A DNA stretch of 64,000 bases. It comes from Thermoplasmatales archaeon (lineage in GTDB: Archaea; Thermoplasmatota; Thermoplasmata; Thermoplasmatales; GCA-001856825). A program made the position numbers and the translations under genes. Positions 40,422-50,738 of the stretch are shown in pieces; position 1 is the stretch's first letter, and each line of letters opens with the position of its first letter. The notes under the pieces were generated by a model. It did no database searches and was not told where the DNA came from. It saw only the letters and a list, made by a program, of their open reading frames with translations. The DNA is taken from contig DAHWMK010000018.1 of the NCBI GenBank assembly GCA_027343225.1, forward strand, positions 4,868 through 68,867, given 5' to 3'.

Positions 40422-43400
40422 TTCAGATCACCCAACCTTAATCTCATAACAACGCCAAGGGACATCAGTTCATCCCTCATCAGCTTGAATGCGTAACTTG
40501 TCTCAACGGGCCTTATGTTGCTCGTATTCCCGCATACGGGACATCTCAGCTGGTGCGTCTTGTAGTCGTAAATTGCGACGTGTCCGCAGTCTGGGTCTCC
40601 GCATACGTAAACGGTGAATCCATCGCTCTGGTCTAGCAGCCTGTCCTTGATGGCCATGGCTGCTCCGTGACCGATGAGCGTATCCCTTTCCATTTCACCG
40701 AACCTGAGACCGCCCTGCCTAGACCTCCCTTCTGTAGGTTGTCTCGTAAGAATCTGTACTGGTCCTCTGGACCTTGCGTGGAATTTCCCCGCAACCATGT
40801 GGTGGAGCTTCTGGTAGTAGACAACTCCAATGAAAATATCAGCCTTGAATTTCCTTCCAGTTATTCCATCGTACATCGTCTCCCTTCCGGAATATTTGTA
40901 TCCGTTTGCTTCCAGTGCCTCTCTAAGAGATTCCTCCGGTTCTCCCTCGAAAACCGTTCCATTGATAAACCTTCCTTCGAGTGCTCCCACCTTGCCTCCT
41001 ATTGTCTCCAGGAGGTGACCAACAGTCATCCTGCTGGGTATCGAGTGTGGGTTGATGATGAGATCCGGTATGATACCATCTTCGGTGAAAGGCATGTCCT
41101 CCTGTGGGATGATTGCACCAATGACACCCTTCTGCCCGTGTCTGCTTGCGAACTTATCTCCAAGCTCTGGGATCCTATCATCCCTAACCTTGACCTTGAG
41201 TAGCCTGCTGTTATTCTCCGAGACAGTCAGGATTACCGAATCTATGTGACCCGTCTCCCCTGGCCTGTTGGTGATTGAACTTTCTCTCCTCTTCTGGATT
41301 GATATCTTCTGTTCTTCTTCCATGAATCTCGGGGGAGATGTCTTCCCAACTATGACGTCCCCTCCTGAAACGTATGTCTCTGGTGAGACCATTCCGTTTT
41401 CGTCGATGTTCCTGTAGGATTCCTCGCTCCTAACGCCCCTCACTTCTGGAGGAGGAATTTCGAACTTGTCTTCCTGTCCTCCAGGATACCTCTTCTCCTC
41501 CGCTTTGTAGGTCCTGAAGAAGGCAGATCGTCCAAAACCTCTCTCCACGGACGCCTTGTTGATTATGACCGCATCTTGGATGTTGTAGTTGTGATAGGAA
41601 ATAAGAGCCACCACTGCGTTCTGGCCAGATGGTCTTCTATTGTACTTTATGTATTTTGCCGCACCGGTCGTAACCATCGGTTTCTGGGGATAGTGAAGAA
41701 CGTGACCTCTGGTGTCCGGCCTGAGCCTGTAGTTCGATGAAGAAAGACCAAGAGATTGTTTTGTCATGGCTGCGCCCATTGTGACCCTTGGTGACTGGTT
41801 GTGCTCGGCGTAAGGAATTACCCCGACGACTACTCCCTGGATCATCATAGGGTCGATTTCCGTGTGAGTATGTTCCGGTCCATAGCTCTTCTTTCCCTCG
41901 AACGTCCCACCGCACTTAAGGCACTTCAGCTTGACGTTTTCCTCTCCCGGATTTGTCCATTCCGTGAGGTCGCTGTAAAGATACGTTCCGCAATGTGGAC
42001 ACTTCAGTGGCTTCTCGTAGGGATATATAGAGACCAGAGCATTCTCTTCCTCTTCAGCGTCTAGCCATTCTATGACACCGTTTGAAATCAAATCTTTGAT
42101 CCCCATCTTTCCGGAAATGAGATTCTCTCTTATTCCAGAGTTGAACTTAATCTTGCCATTGTAAACAACGATTAGGGGCCTCCTTATCCTCCCCTTGTCA
42201 GTGTTTATTATCACTTCATTGGTTGTATCGTCGAACCTGATGTTTACCTGGTTTGATATCGCACCTGACCTCCTCTTCTTCCTGATTTCTGCGACGACAC
42301 TCTGACCATCCTTGTGATAACCGATTAGATTTCCGTTGACATAAATCCTAGACAATCCGGGTTTCTCTCCCAGAATCTCTTCGAGACCCATCTTCTTCAG
42401 CATCTCGATAATGTTTTCTTCTGGGTAACCCTCAGTTATGTCAATAACCAGACTGGCGTTTTTCACAAGACCACAGTTCTGTCCTTCTGGCGTCTCGTTT
42501 GGGCACATCCTTCCCCACTGTGTGGGATGGAGGTCCCTCGCCTCAAAGTGCGGCTGTGATCTCGTAAGAGGAGAAGATATTCTCCTCAGGTGAGATAGAG
42601 TAGCGATGTACGATGTTCTCTCAAGAAGCTGTGAAACTCCTGTCCTTCCACCTATCCAGTTCCCGGTGGAGATTGCGTGTTTCAGTTTTTCGTTGAGGAC
42701 GTCCTGCCTAACCGCAGCGTTTAATCTAATCCCCCTCTTCTTGTTGTAGGTCTTTTCCAGTTGTCCCTTCAGATCCTTGAGCAGCGCCTGAGCCGAACTT
42801 CTGAACAGCTCCTCAAGCAGGTCACCGGAAAGCTTGATCCTCTTGTTCGCCAGATGATCTTTATCGTCTTCTTTCCTAACTCCAAGGTACAGCTCCAGTA
42901 GGGCCCTCGCCATTCTTCCAAGGTAAATTCCCTTTTTAGTCCTGTCCTGAATAGAGTCACCGAGGTGGGGGAGGAGATTCTTGTCCAGTATCTGTGACAT
43001 TTTCTTTTCCCTGAATTCCTTCGCCTGTCCAGCTGCGAATCTCTTTTCAAGATAGTTAATAGCATCTTTCTCGCTCATGATTCCGCCCGGCGGATACAGT
43101 TCTATGTTTTCCGAGTCTTCTATATTGGCAAGTACAATCGGAATCATTCTTTCGTCAGTTACGATTGAGTCGTAGATGTCTTTGTCCTTGTCGACTCCAA
43201 GTGCCTTCATTAGGACCACCAATGGAATCGTTCCGGCAATCGATGGAACGGAAACTGTGAGTATGCCATCAGCCTTTCTCTCGACTGCTATCAGGGCTCT
43301 GTATCCTTCCTTTTGGGAGAATATCTTGGCAACCTCAACTCTTGAGTCATATTTCTCTTCGTATTCTACTATAATTTTGTTCGGGGCCAGATCCTCCATG

Positions 43401-44035
43401 GAAATCAAGGTCCTTTCAGTACCCCCTATTATGAAGTATCCTCCTGGGTCCTGTGGATCCTCCCCCAGCAACTGAAGTTTCTTTTCGTAAGGTAATGAGA
43501 GAAGTTCTTCTTCAGTCATCCCCCTTATCCTTTCGTCCTTTCTGAGATTGATCCTTCGAATGAATTCATCGGTGTTGTTCTTGTGGAGTATGCATATCTT
43601 AGATCTTACCATCACGGGAAACTCCCCTATCTTGATCTTTTCGTTCCTTACCTCTGAGTCTTCCTCCAGAACAGTGAAATCCAAGAACAGGGGGGCCATG
43701 TAGTTCAGGTCTCTTAGTCTCGCCTCCAGTGGGGTTATGTAATTCTCCGATCCCGTTGGTTCTCTGATCTTGGGTAGCTCTATTGATACAGTCGGTTCGG
43801 GTTTCTCCACGTTTTTTGGCCTGCCAAATCTTATCCTTATGTCAACTCCGCCAGTTTTCGATCGATCTAATCTCATCTCGCCAGGGAGGTCATCCTCTGT
43901 CACTCTGAGCGTGTCGAAGACCTGCTGCATTCCGGATTCTGGGTTGTCTTCTGTTGGGATAAAATCGTTGTAGGAAACTAGTTGATGGTTGACTACCTCC
44001 ATCTCCTTGAAAAACGTATTCAAAATACTATACAT
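40418..44035 (-). CDS. rpoB: RNA polymerase subunit B (Rpo2, unsplit)
   Basis: [23 protein letters not shown] and [10 protein letters not shown]. Confidence 0.98.
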   Translation of the reverse strand: MYSILNTFFKEMEVVNHQLVSYNDFIPTEDNPESGMQQVFDTLRVTEDDLPGEMRLDRSKTGGVDIRIRFGRPKNVEKPEPTVSIELPKIREPTGSENYITPLEARLRDLNYMAPLFLDFTVLEEDSEVRNEKIKIGEFPVMVRSKICILHKNNTDEFIRRINLRKDERIRGMTEEELLSLPYEKKLQLLGEDPQDPGGYFIIGGTERTLISMEDLAPNKIIVEYEEKYDSRVEVAKIFSQKEGYRALIAVERKADGILTVSVPSIAGTIPLVVLMKALGVDKDKDIYDSIVTDERMIPIVLANIEDSENIELYPPGGIMSEKDAINYLEKRFAAGQAKEFREKKMSQILDKNLLPHLGDSIQDRTKKGIYLGRMARALLELYLGVRKEDDKDHLANKRIKLSGDLLEELFRSSAQALLKDLKGQLEKTYNKKRGIRLNAAVRQDVLNEKLKHAISTGNWIGGRTGVSQLLERTSYIATLSHLRRISSPLTRSQPHFEARDLHPTQWGRMCPNETPEGQNCGLVKNASLVIDITEGYPEENIIEMLKKMGLEEILGEKPGLSRIYVNGNLIGYHKDGQSVVAEIRKKRRSGAISNQVNIRFDDTTNEVIINTDKGRIRRPLIVVYNGKIKFNSGIRENLISGKMGIKDLISNGVIEWLDAEEEENALVSIYPYEKPLKCPHCGTYLYSDLTEWTNPGEENVKLKCLKCGGTFEGKKSYGPEHTHTEIDPMMIQGVVVGVIPYAEHNQSPRVTMGAAMTKQSLGLSSSNYRLRPDTRGHVLHYPQKPMVTTGAAKYIKYNRRPSGQNAVVALISYHNYNIQDAVIINKASVERGFGRSAFFRTYKAEEKRYPGGQEDKFEIPPPEVRGVRSEESYRNIDENGMVSPETYVSGGDVIVGKTSPPRFMEEEQKISIQKRRESSITNRPGETGHIDSVILTVSENNSRLLKVKVRDDRIPELGDKFASRHGQKGVIGAIIPQEDMPFTEDGIIPDLIINPHSIPSRMTVGHLLETIGGKVGALEGRFINGTVFEGEPEESLREALEANGYKYSGRETMYDGITGRKFKADIFIGVVYYQKLHHMVAGKFHARSRGPVQILTRQPTEGRSRQGGLRFGEMERDTLIGHGAAMAIKDRLLDQSDGFTVYVCGDPDCGHVAIYDYKTHQLRCPVCGNTSNIRPVETSYAFKLMRDELMSLGVVMRLRLGDLK

Positions 44036-44038
44036 CTA

Positions 44039-44293
44039 TTATTCACCTATCACAGTCCTATATATCTTGGCAATTCCTCTGGTCCTACTCTTCCTAACTA
44101 TCTCTATGATTCTGCCTGGAACTATTTCCCCCTCAACTTTTTCCAGAGCCTTAATGACTGGATCTGACTTTCTTATTTTTGGAAGCTGCCCCTTGGTCAC
44201 TCCCAGCGATTTTAAAATACTCTCTTCATCCTTGACCGCGACCAACCAGTGCTCGGGAACCATCTCGTGCATCAAAATATTATACTTAGCCGT
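44039..44293 (-). CDS. rpoH: RNA polymerase subunit H (Rpo5); proposed start ACG 44293 or ATT 44299 (first canonical codon TTG 44275)
   Basis: AKYNILMHEMVPEH, QLPKIRKSDP and IVRKSRTRG..YRTV. Confidence 0.93.
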   Translation of the reverse strand, partial: TAKYNILMHEMVPEHWLVAVKDEESILKSLGVTKGQLPKIRKSDPVIKALEKVEGEIVPGRIIEIVRKSRTRGIAKIYRTVIGE

Positions 44294-44565
44294 AAAAATC
44301 TAGCCCTCCAGCAATCCAAAGCATTTAGTCCGTACAATATTTGAATTTTTACACAAACTCATTTTAAACCTCTGGAATTGCTCAACCTTATTTTTTTGTT
44401 ATACATATTCTTTGTGTTTCACTTTGTTAGTTTCAATTAATATATTTTGTGATAAATGAATTTATCTCATCTTTTCCAAAACTTCTTCCACTTTTACCAG
44501 AAGGTTTATTTATTTTTCTAAAACAATCCCACTGAACCGAAAGATTTTCTGAGGCTGAAAAATAC

Positions 44566-45378
44566 CTACGATGATTCCAATTTTTGTAGCCAGGGAAGTA
44601 CTTCTCTAATAAGAGATGGACCGTGATGAGCAAAGAAGTCGTATCTTCCGGGAGTCAAAAATATTCTATGATTTCTATATGCGGAAATGTCCTTCCATCC
44701 TCTTGCTGAAACCAGCTTGTCTACGATCCCCATATCTCTTTTGGAGAACATTTTTGGTTCCAATATCACATATTCTGGATCTTGTTCTCTTACATAATTC
44801 AAGTCAGGATTTAGCCATTCAACGGGACTGTTTGAGTACACGGATTTGAAATTCATAAAACTTAAAACATCCGTGATGTACGACAGTGATCCGAAACTTA
44901 TAGGTCCTCCTAGGTCGCATTCAAAATATACCGATTTTTCTCGACCAATCTTCAGTTTGCTTACTTCTCCCATAAGAGATCTTTCGAGTCTCCTTCCATT
45001 CTCTTCTTCTCTAGTCACGACTCCGACTTTTGTTACCAAGTCAATTACTCCCGCAAGCGAGGATGGCAAACGGAAGGAAAACGTTGGGAAATGAGATGCA
45101 AGCGAGTCTGCTACCGCGTTCTGGTACCCAGTCACTGTCAAGATTATGTCCGGTTTCAATTTCTCGAACTGTTCAATGCTTGCATATCCATAACTTGCGA
45201 CCTTTTTCTTCTTTGCTGCCTCAGCGGGTCTCACACAAAAAGGTGTCACTCCCACCACTTTATCTCCAAGTCCCAGTTCGAATAGGATTTCCGTTATTGA
45301 AGGACTTAGACTGATTATCCTCTCCGCTTGCTCTGGTACCCTGACCTCCTTATTCCTATCATCTACGAGGTTTGGCAA
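44566..45378 (-). CDS. Helical-backbone metal/cobalamin-binding protein (BtuF-like); no signal peptide evident
   Basis: RIISLSPSITEILFELG, VVGVT.FC and LKPDII. TTG start about 23 nt behind a TTAAAATA box. Confidence 0.82.
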   Translation of the reverse strand: MPNLVDDRNKEVRVPEQAERIISLSPSITEILFELGLGDKVVGVTPFCVRPAEAAKKKKVASYGYASIEQFEKLKPDIILTVTGYQNAVADSLASHFPTFSFRLPSSLAGVIDLVTKVGVVTREEENGRRLERSLMGEVSKLKIGREKSVYFECDLGGPISFGSLSYITDVLSFMNFKSVYSNSPVEWLNPDLNYVREQDPEYVILEPKMFSKRDMGIVDKLVSARGWKDISAYRNHRIFLTPGRYDFFAHHGPSLIREVLPWLQKLESS

Positions 45379-45485
45379 TGCAAATGAAATTCCTAACCCA
45401 TATTTTAACTTCGGGTTTGCCCACCTTGGCATTGAAGGTCAGTCAAGGTTTTTATCGACCAAGCAATCGCCGACAAGTAAATACG

Positions 45486-45683
45486 ATGACGAAAGTGAAG
45501 ATACTCGGGGAAGAAAAAGAAGTCTATGTTCAAGGAAACTGTAAAGGGGAAGTCATCCTGAAACAACTTGGGTTAAACTCAAGTTCAACGATTATACTGA
45601 AGAACGGCAAGCCTGTCCCCGAGGATGCACCGATCGGCGATGGAGATGATATAACCATCATAAAATCATTCTCTGGCGGGTGA
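45486..45683 (+). CDS. Ubiquitin-like ThiS/MoaD/SAMP family protein
   Basis: 65 aa; LKNGKPVPED and C-terminal SGG. Confidence 0.9.
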   Translation: MTKVKILGEEKEVYVQGNCKGEVILKQLGLNSSSTIILKNGKPVPEDAPIGDGDDITIIKSFSGG

Positions 45684-46667
45684 AAAGTCCATCCGATATC
45701 TCAGGACTGCTACGGCTCCTCCATAGGAATCCACTATTTTCCCGGTTTCCCAAGAACTATGGACGACGAATAGTTTGCACCCACCCTGATAGCATTTTTC
45801 CATGAAACTGGCCGCAGAAGACCCTCTGAAGAATTTGTCTGAAATCAAAAGAGTAGATACAGCACGCATTTCAAGTGATTTCTCTACATCTTTTCTCCCG
45901 TAACAGGATATTCCGCTTCCAACTCCTTTCAGAAAATCTGCCACAAGCTTGCTTTCGGCGCTTCTCCTGAGATTAACGACACCTTCCTGGAGTAGTTCCC
46001 GAATTCCATCCTCTTCTGAGCCACCTACCTGTGAGTTTATTGACTTGAAGCCATTCTGGGAGAGTAATTTAGAGGTCGAATCTCTGAATATTGAGGGCCC
46101 AATAACATAGATCTCTGATTGTTTGTACTTCTCCATCTTCTCAAGAAATTCGTCGCGGTAGCTGTTCTCCTTGCCATCGTACATTTTCCCGGAGCCCGTC
46201 TGTATTCTCCAGACAAGTTCATTCTTAGATTCCGTTATTCCATAGAGGGAAATGTTCTGGTCGTCGGTGGAGAGCACAAGAACAGTAGAATTTGTGAGGT
46301 TTGATGACTCTTCTAGGTTCCTGATAAATTTTTCTTTGTCCTGCGGGACAACTGACACCACACTGCCCGGCTCTACATTTATAGATTGATGTTCTCCTAT
46401 ATAATCCTCAGGTCCGCCTGTTATCTGACCTAGTATGTGCAGTCTTGAAGAAAGTTCCATGAACTCTATGCTTTCTATTCTAATAGAAACTTTAATCCTC
46501 TCACGCTCAGTCTTCTTGTTTCTCAGCACATCGTCCTTCCTTTCAACTCTTCTTAGTACCTCAGAAATTAGTACGTCTCCTTCTTTCATCAGGAGCGAGA
46601 GATACCATAGGTCTTCTCCTCCAGCTATCTCTATGTTAACAACATCCTCGTGTTCAGTGAATTTCAT
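45666..46667 (-). CDS. pelA: Pelota (Dom34) ribosome-rescue factor
   Basis: EDLWYL...GD, RLHILG.I, GEHQSI, YG..DV, AVSTLLISD and YGGAVAVLRY. Confidence 0.9.
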   Translation of the reverse strand: MKFTEHEDVVNIEIAGGEDLWYLSLLMKEGDVLISEVLRRVERKDDVLRNKKTERERIKVSIRIESIEFMELSSRLHILGQITGGPEDYIGEHQSINVEPGSVVSVVPQDKEKFIRNLEESSNLTNSTVLVLSTDDQNISLYGITESKNELVWRIQTGSGKMYDGKENSYRDEFLEKMEKYKQSEIYVIGPSIFRDSTSKLLSQNGFKSINSQVGGSEEDGIRELLQEGVVNLRRSAESKLVADFLKGVGSGISCYGRKDVEKSLEMRAVSTLLISDKFFRGSSAASFMEKCYQGGCKLFVVHSSWETGKIVDSYGGAVAVLRYRMDFSPARE

Positions 46668-47091
46668 ATCCGACTTTCTCCAGGGTCTTTCTGAAGTTAT
46701 CCGTGTGACTACCATACCAGTAGTACTTGTCACAGTTTTTGCAGTAGAATATTTCTGAAGCCGTCCTATTAACGTAGTCTGGAAATTCATCACCTTTCTC
46801 TATCTTCTCAACGGCTCTCCCGCAAAGACTGCACAACTCCATAAATCCATGTTCGGCCGGCGGGAGCTTATCCTTAAGTTCTGCAAGCTGTTCTACGGGC
46901 TTATACGACTTGAGGAGTATGGAATTGCCAACTCGTTCGTGCAACTGTCTATCCCTCGTTAGTATCAATTTATCAGTGGATATGCCAATGATATAAGAAT
47001 CGTCCTTATCGTTGCCTATGTATTCTACTTCGTAGCCAATCATCCTTAGATATCTCGATAATTTTCCTAGCATACTGTCTACGACTATCAT
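46654..47091 (-). CDS. Mut7-C RNase domain protein
   Basis: VDSMLGKLSRYLRMIG, ILTRD, CSLC and CKNCDKYYWYGSH. Confidence 0.92.
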   Translation of the reverse strand: MIVVDSMLGKLSRYLRMIGYEVEYIGNDKDDSYIIGISTDKLILTRDRQLHERVGNSILLKSYKPVEQLAELKDKLPPAEHGFMELCSLCGRAVEKIEKGDEFPDYVNRTASEIFYCKNCDKYYWYGSHTDNFRKTLEKVGYEIH

Positions 47092-47711
47092 TTTGTCAGA
47101 TACTCTATCACCGGCCCCTTTTTGTTTTCTATTATCTCTTTACCGAACAACATTTTTTTGAGCTTTATATTGGCTGGTTCATCTACGGGCTTCGAATAAT
47201 CAAATCCGTAAATGTATATCTTCTCTGCTCCCATCAGGATGCCCATTATCACGCTCCGATCTCCATCAGTAAATCCCCCTATGTTTTTCACTTTCTGAAG
47301 AGGGATGCTTTGTGTCGTGCCGAGAACAGTACCACTCATCTCTGGAACATATTTCCTCAGCTTTTCAATGTTGTCCCCATGCGCGTGAATCACTTTTATG
47401 CAATCCTTGCTATCAATTATCTTTTCAATAGGGCCGTCCAGATCTGAGACAATCATGTCGTATCTTCCAGAATAGTATCTGAGTGCAGAATCTGCCACTA
47501 TCACGTAACCCTCAGGATCATTTGAGGGATTTGAAGGACCTATCACGCTGACTACACTCTCCCTCGGAAGTTTATCCCATAGGTCAGACTTGATCAGATC
47601 GTTCAGTTCGATACCTGCAAGAAAGTCGCGATAAGGATTATAATTAAACGTGGCGACTATTTTTCTGTGCAGTTTCACGTTCTGAATCGAGTACTTGATT
47701 TCCCTTCGCAT
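47088..47711 (-). CDS. mptE: 6-hydroxymethyl-7,8-dihydropterin pyrophosphokinase MptE-like (DUF115)
   Basis: VADSA, VSDLDG, HAHGDN, GTTQ, GGFTDGDR and GFD. Start uncertain. Confidence 0.85.
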   Translation of the reverse strand: MRREIKYSIQNVKLHRKIVATFNYNPYRDFLAGIELNDLIKSDLWDKLPRESVVSVIGPSNPSNDPEGYVIVADSALRYYSGRYDMIVSDLDGPIEKIIDSKDCIKVIHAHGDNIEKLRKYVPEMSGTVLGTTQSIPLQKVKNIGGFTDGDRSVIMGILMGAEKIYIYGFDYSKPVDEPANIKLKKMLFGKEIIENKKGPVIEYLTK

Positions 47712-48816
47712 ATTTCCTTCTGAGGATCGATATAACTACGCCGAGGGCAACTCCGAGAACCGTCAGAACGATAGCGAGACCAAGCGTATCAGTCCTCGCA
47801 ACTCCAGTCTGGAATCCATAAGTCACAAAAGATAGCAGGCCCAAGACAGCTGCAAAGAAGCTTATGTAGAATGATGCTGAAAGCAAGTATGACTTTATTG
47901 CTTCTGACCTCTTCCCCTTTTCAAAGATAAGGAAGCCTTCGACGATTCTACCTAAGTCAAATATCAGTATGGCAGCTATTGTGAATGGAACCAATCTGTA
48001 GATCAAATAGATAAGACCAGGTACAACTCCCCTCGTGTGAAATGCTACGTCTAGACCTATGTAAACGCCGTAGGCGAATGTTGCTATTGCAATCAATAAC
48101 GAAAACACCGTGACTCTAGTGTTTACAAATTCCTCCACCAGCGTAGAGAATGTGTCTGTTATTTTCTTTCCTGTCGAGTAAGCCTTTCCGAGAAAATATA
48201 TCCCGATGGCACTCATGACTGCCATAAATGCCGTTGTAGTAGGGTCAAGACTGCTTAGTCCGTACAGATATACTCTCAACCCGAGTACGAAAAGGATCGT
48301 CATCCCAAAAACCAGGAATGCCACTCCTATGGGAACCAGGACCTTCTTCAGAAATTTCTCTTCCTTTAGTGCTTTTACTACGATATAGTACATCGATTCT
48401 ATCTGGGGGGCCTGTCTAACAGTCACCCTCTTTATAGCTCTAATCTTGACTCTGCTCTGGATGAGCGGAAGTATGAATTCATCCTCCGCACCGTCTGAGA
48501 CAACAATCACATCTACTGGATTCACTGAAGAAACGACTTGGTCTATCTGCCTTCCCAGGATTTCATCTGAAACCACCCCAACGTTCTTGTCGCCGCATAA
48601 TGTTGCAATCTCGACATCGTCTCCGGATTTGGATAGTGTGTCGTATGTAGATATGGCTGAAAAGAGGGCGTTTGAATCTGAATCTTCCGGGTCACTTAGC
48701 ATCAGGGCATTGGCAGCAGCAATATTGTTCTCCCTACCGACAATAGGGGACTTTACTCCGGCCTTTTCTCCAAAATCATTGTCCCTGTCCACGCAGAGGA
48801 CTAAAGTCTTGCTCAT
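47644..48816 (-). CDS. DUF373 family membrane protein
   Basis: LVLCVDRDND, DPEDSDSN, VSDGAEDE and C-terminal TM helices. Confidence 0.9.
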   Translation of the reverse strand: MSKTLVLCVDRDNDFGEKAGVKSPIVGRENNIAAANALMLSDPEDSDSNALFSAISTYDTLSKSGDDVEIATLCGDKNVGVVSDEILGRQIDQVVSSVNPVDVIVVSDGAEDEFILPLIQSRVKIRAIKRVTVRQAPQIESMYYIVVKALKEEKFLKKVLVPIGVAFLVFGMTILFVLGLRVYLYGLSSLDPTTTAFMAVMSAIGIYFLGKAYSTGKKITDTFSTLVEEFVNTRVTVFSLLIAIATFAYGVYIGLDVAFHTRGVVPGLIYLIYRLVPFTIAAILIFDLGRIVEGFLIFEKGKRSEAIKSYLLSASFYISFFAAVLGLLSFVTYGFQTGVARTDTLGLAIVLTVLGVALGVVISILRRKYAKGNQVLDSERETAQKNSRHV

Positions 48817-49028
48817 TTGACTACAAAATACCCCGCACTTTTCTGCCTGACCACTCTCTTCACGTAACCCTTGTTCAGTAGTTCTTGAAGTGCGTTGGTG
48901 ACGAGACCTTTTCCCATAGAACTTGCTTTCATGATGTCGTCTGCCGTTTTCATTTTATCTTCGGAGGTAGAGCCCAGTCTTTTAAGGGAGTCGTAGACTT
49001 TTTGAGCAAATGGTGTAAGATCGCCCAT
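48813..49028 (-). CDS. Small winged-helix DNA-binding protein
   Basis: KTADDIMK...VTNALQELLNKGYVKR. GGTGA SD and ATGA coupling to DUF373. Confidence 0.75.
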   Translation of the reverse strand: MGDLTPFAQKVYDSLKRLGSTSEDKMKTADDIMKASSMGKGLVTNALQELLNKGYVKRVVRQKSAGYFVVK

Positions 49029-49173
49029 TTATATTCACCGTAATATTGTATAGCTATTAAATATAAATATAATTTGTGTAGAGGGCCTTTTCCAACAGAG
49101 GTTAGCCTTTTATCTACCATTAATGACTAAAGCTTGGAAATTTGAAAGAATTCGAAAACGTAAAATTTAGAAG

Positions 49174-49809
49174 GTGAGAAGCATAGCACAACCAATGCTT
49201 CCATCCCTTGACAATAGGATTCTTTCGGTTATCAACGATAAGAGCACTTTTGGGATCATTCTCGAAAGAAAGGACGAGTTCTCAAGAAACAGAGTTGCAA
49301 CTATAGACAAAAAATTTTCAGAATTGACGTTCTGCACTCTTACTGCAAATACTTCTGCAGAGATGGGTTTGAAGAACCAGAAACTGTTGGACGGACTTAA
49401 AAAATTTGATGAAAGGAGTCTAAGGAGGGTTCTCTTGGAGTCTCGTTACAGATTCCCAAACACAAGGGCTAGATTCATATCTCAGAACTTCAAGAAAAGG
49501 CACCTGCTTGAAAGGATACTTGAATCGTCGGAGAGAAGAGACCTGCTCGTCGAAACTTATATGGGAATTGGAATGAAAGAAGCATCGCATTTCTTGAGGA
49601 ATGTTGGCTATTTCGATTACCCAATTCTCGATAAGCACATACAGAGGTTTCTTTCAAATTATTTTGGAAGAGAAATCGAGGTAAAGAGCAAGAAGGATTA
49701 CGAAAGGGAAGAAAAACTCTTTTTAGAAATTTCATCAAAGTATAGTCTAGAGCCTGGAATAATGGATCTGGTCATCTGGTACCTAATGACCGGTAGAATC
49801 CTTAAGTGA
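49174..49809 (+). CDS. ogg: 8-oxoguanine DNA glycosylase/AP lyase (start uncertain, 49174-49195)
   Basis: ELTFCTLTAN, YRFPN, GIGMKEASHFLRNVG, ILDKHI and DLVIWY..TG.ILK. Confidence 0.93.
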   Translation: MRSIAQPMLPSLDNRILSVINDKSTFGIILERKDEFSRNRVATIDKKFSELTFCTLTANTSAEMGLKNQKLLDGLKKFDERSLRRVLLESRYRFPNTRARFISQNFKKRHLLERILESSERRDLLVETYMGIGMKEASHFLRNVGYFDYPILDKHIQRFLSNYFGREIEVKSKKDYEREEKLFLEISSKYSLEPGIMDLVIWYLMTGRILK

Positions 49810-49864
49810 ACGTGGGTGGTTAGTGATCCGTAAGATCAATTGAGGCCAATCATCTTTATAAGTC

Positions 49865-50563
49865 TTAACTCGAGAGATCTATCAATGACCGTGCAGTATC
49901 CTCAGGCTTTGTCACCATTGGAAAGTGGGCTGATTCTATCGTCCTGTACTCACCTTCCAGGACCCCCCATTTCCCAGTGATGGGATCTTTTACATCGTAA
50001 TCACTCTTAGTGCAGAATACATGCGCCGCTTCAATTGTATCGTAGTTCTCTGTCAGGGTTATAGGATCAGTGGCGTATCTTAAGGGCCATGGAGTAGCAA
50101 GGGATTTCATCCACTCCTTATCAGTACCTCTTACGTCCCGTCCTATCGTGTCTAACACCTTGTCGGTGAACGGGATTGCTAACTGTCCCGGCTTCAGTTC
50201 TCCGAACTCGTCTGGCTGGAAACTCTGCTGAGGAGTTCTTATCTTGTCCGGCCTGAAAGTATCAAGATAGATTATCTTCTTAACTATGGTTGGTAGTCTA
50301 TCTCCCACGACTGATACGACCTTGGTCGCGAAACTGTGGCCGACAAGGACCACATTCTTCAGTTCGTTGTATCTAATGATGTTGATAACGTCGTTGACAG
50401 CAGTCTCAATACCTACGTCTGCGGAAAAAAGATGGACCCGTTCTCCCATACCAGTCAGCGTGACAGGATATACCCTGTTCCCTTCTTTCTGCAAGTGCGG
50501 CGTCACCCTCCCCCAGACCCATGATCCTAGCCAAGCTCCAGGAACCAGCACAAATGTTGTCAT
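49865..50563 (-). CDS. Alpha/beta hydrolase (esterase-like)
   Basis: FVLVPGAWLGSW, LVGHSF nucleophile elbow and SAHFPM. Confidence 0.9.
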   Translation of the reverse strand: MTTFVLVPGAWLGSWVWGRVTPHLQKEGNRVYPVTLTGMGERVHLFSADVGIETAVNDVINIIRYNELKNVVLVGHSFATKVVSVVGDRLPTIVKKIIYLDTFRPDKIRTPQQSFQPDEFGELKPGQLAIPFTDKVLDTIGRDVRGTDKEWMKSLATPWPLRYATDPITLTENYDTIEAAHVFCTKSDYDVKDPITGKWGVLEGEYRTIESAHFPMVTKPEDTARSLIDLSS

Positions 50564-50738
50564 TTCAATTCTACCCAATCTTCTACTCTTTCGCATATAT
50601 ATCACTTCGTTGTTTCTTGAAGAGAAAATCACACCGATAGCAAAGCTGATTCACTCTCCACCTAATGACTTTCGAGTTCATTTCCTACGGTAATTTTCAA
50701 TAATGCGAAAGAACTAAGGTCTCCTCTAGGAAGAAACT

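Noticed and set aside
44330-44560. Very AT-rich stretch upstream of rpoH considered as a replication origin
   Set aside because: No ORB-like repeats and no cdc6/orc1 nearby. A promoter plus terminator region explains it.
45379-45485. Possible cobalamin or TPP riboswitch upstream of the BtuF-like and ThiS-like genes
   Set aside because: The spacer is only about 107 bp, holds TATA-like boxes for both genes, and shows no riboswitch consensus that I could identify.
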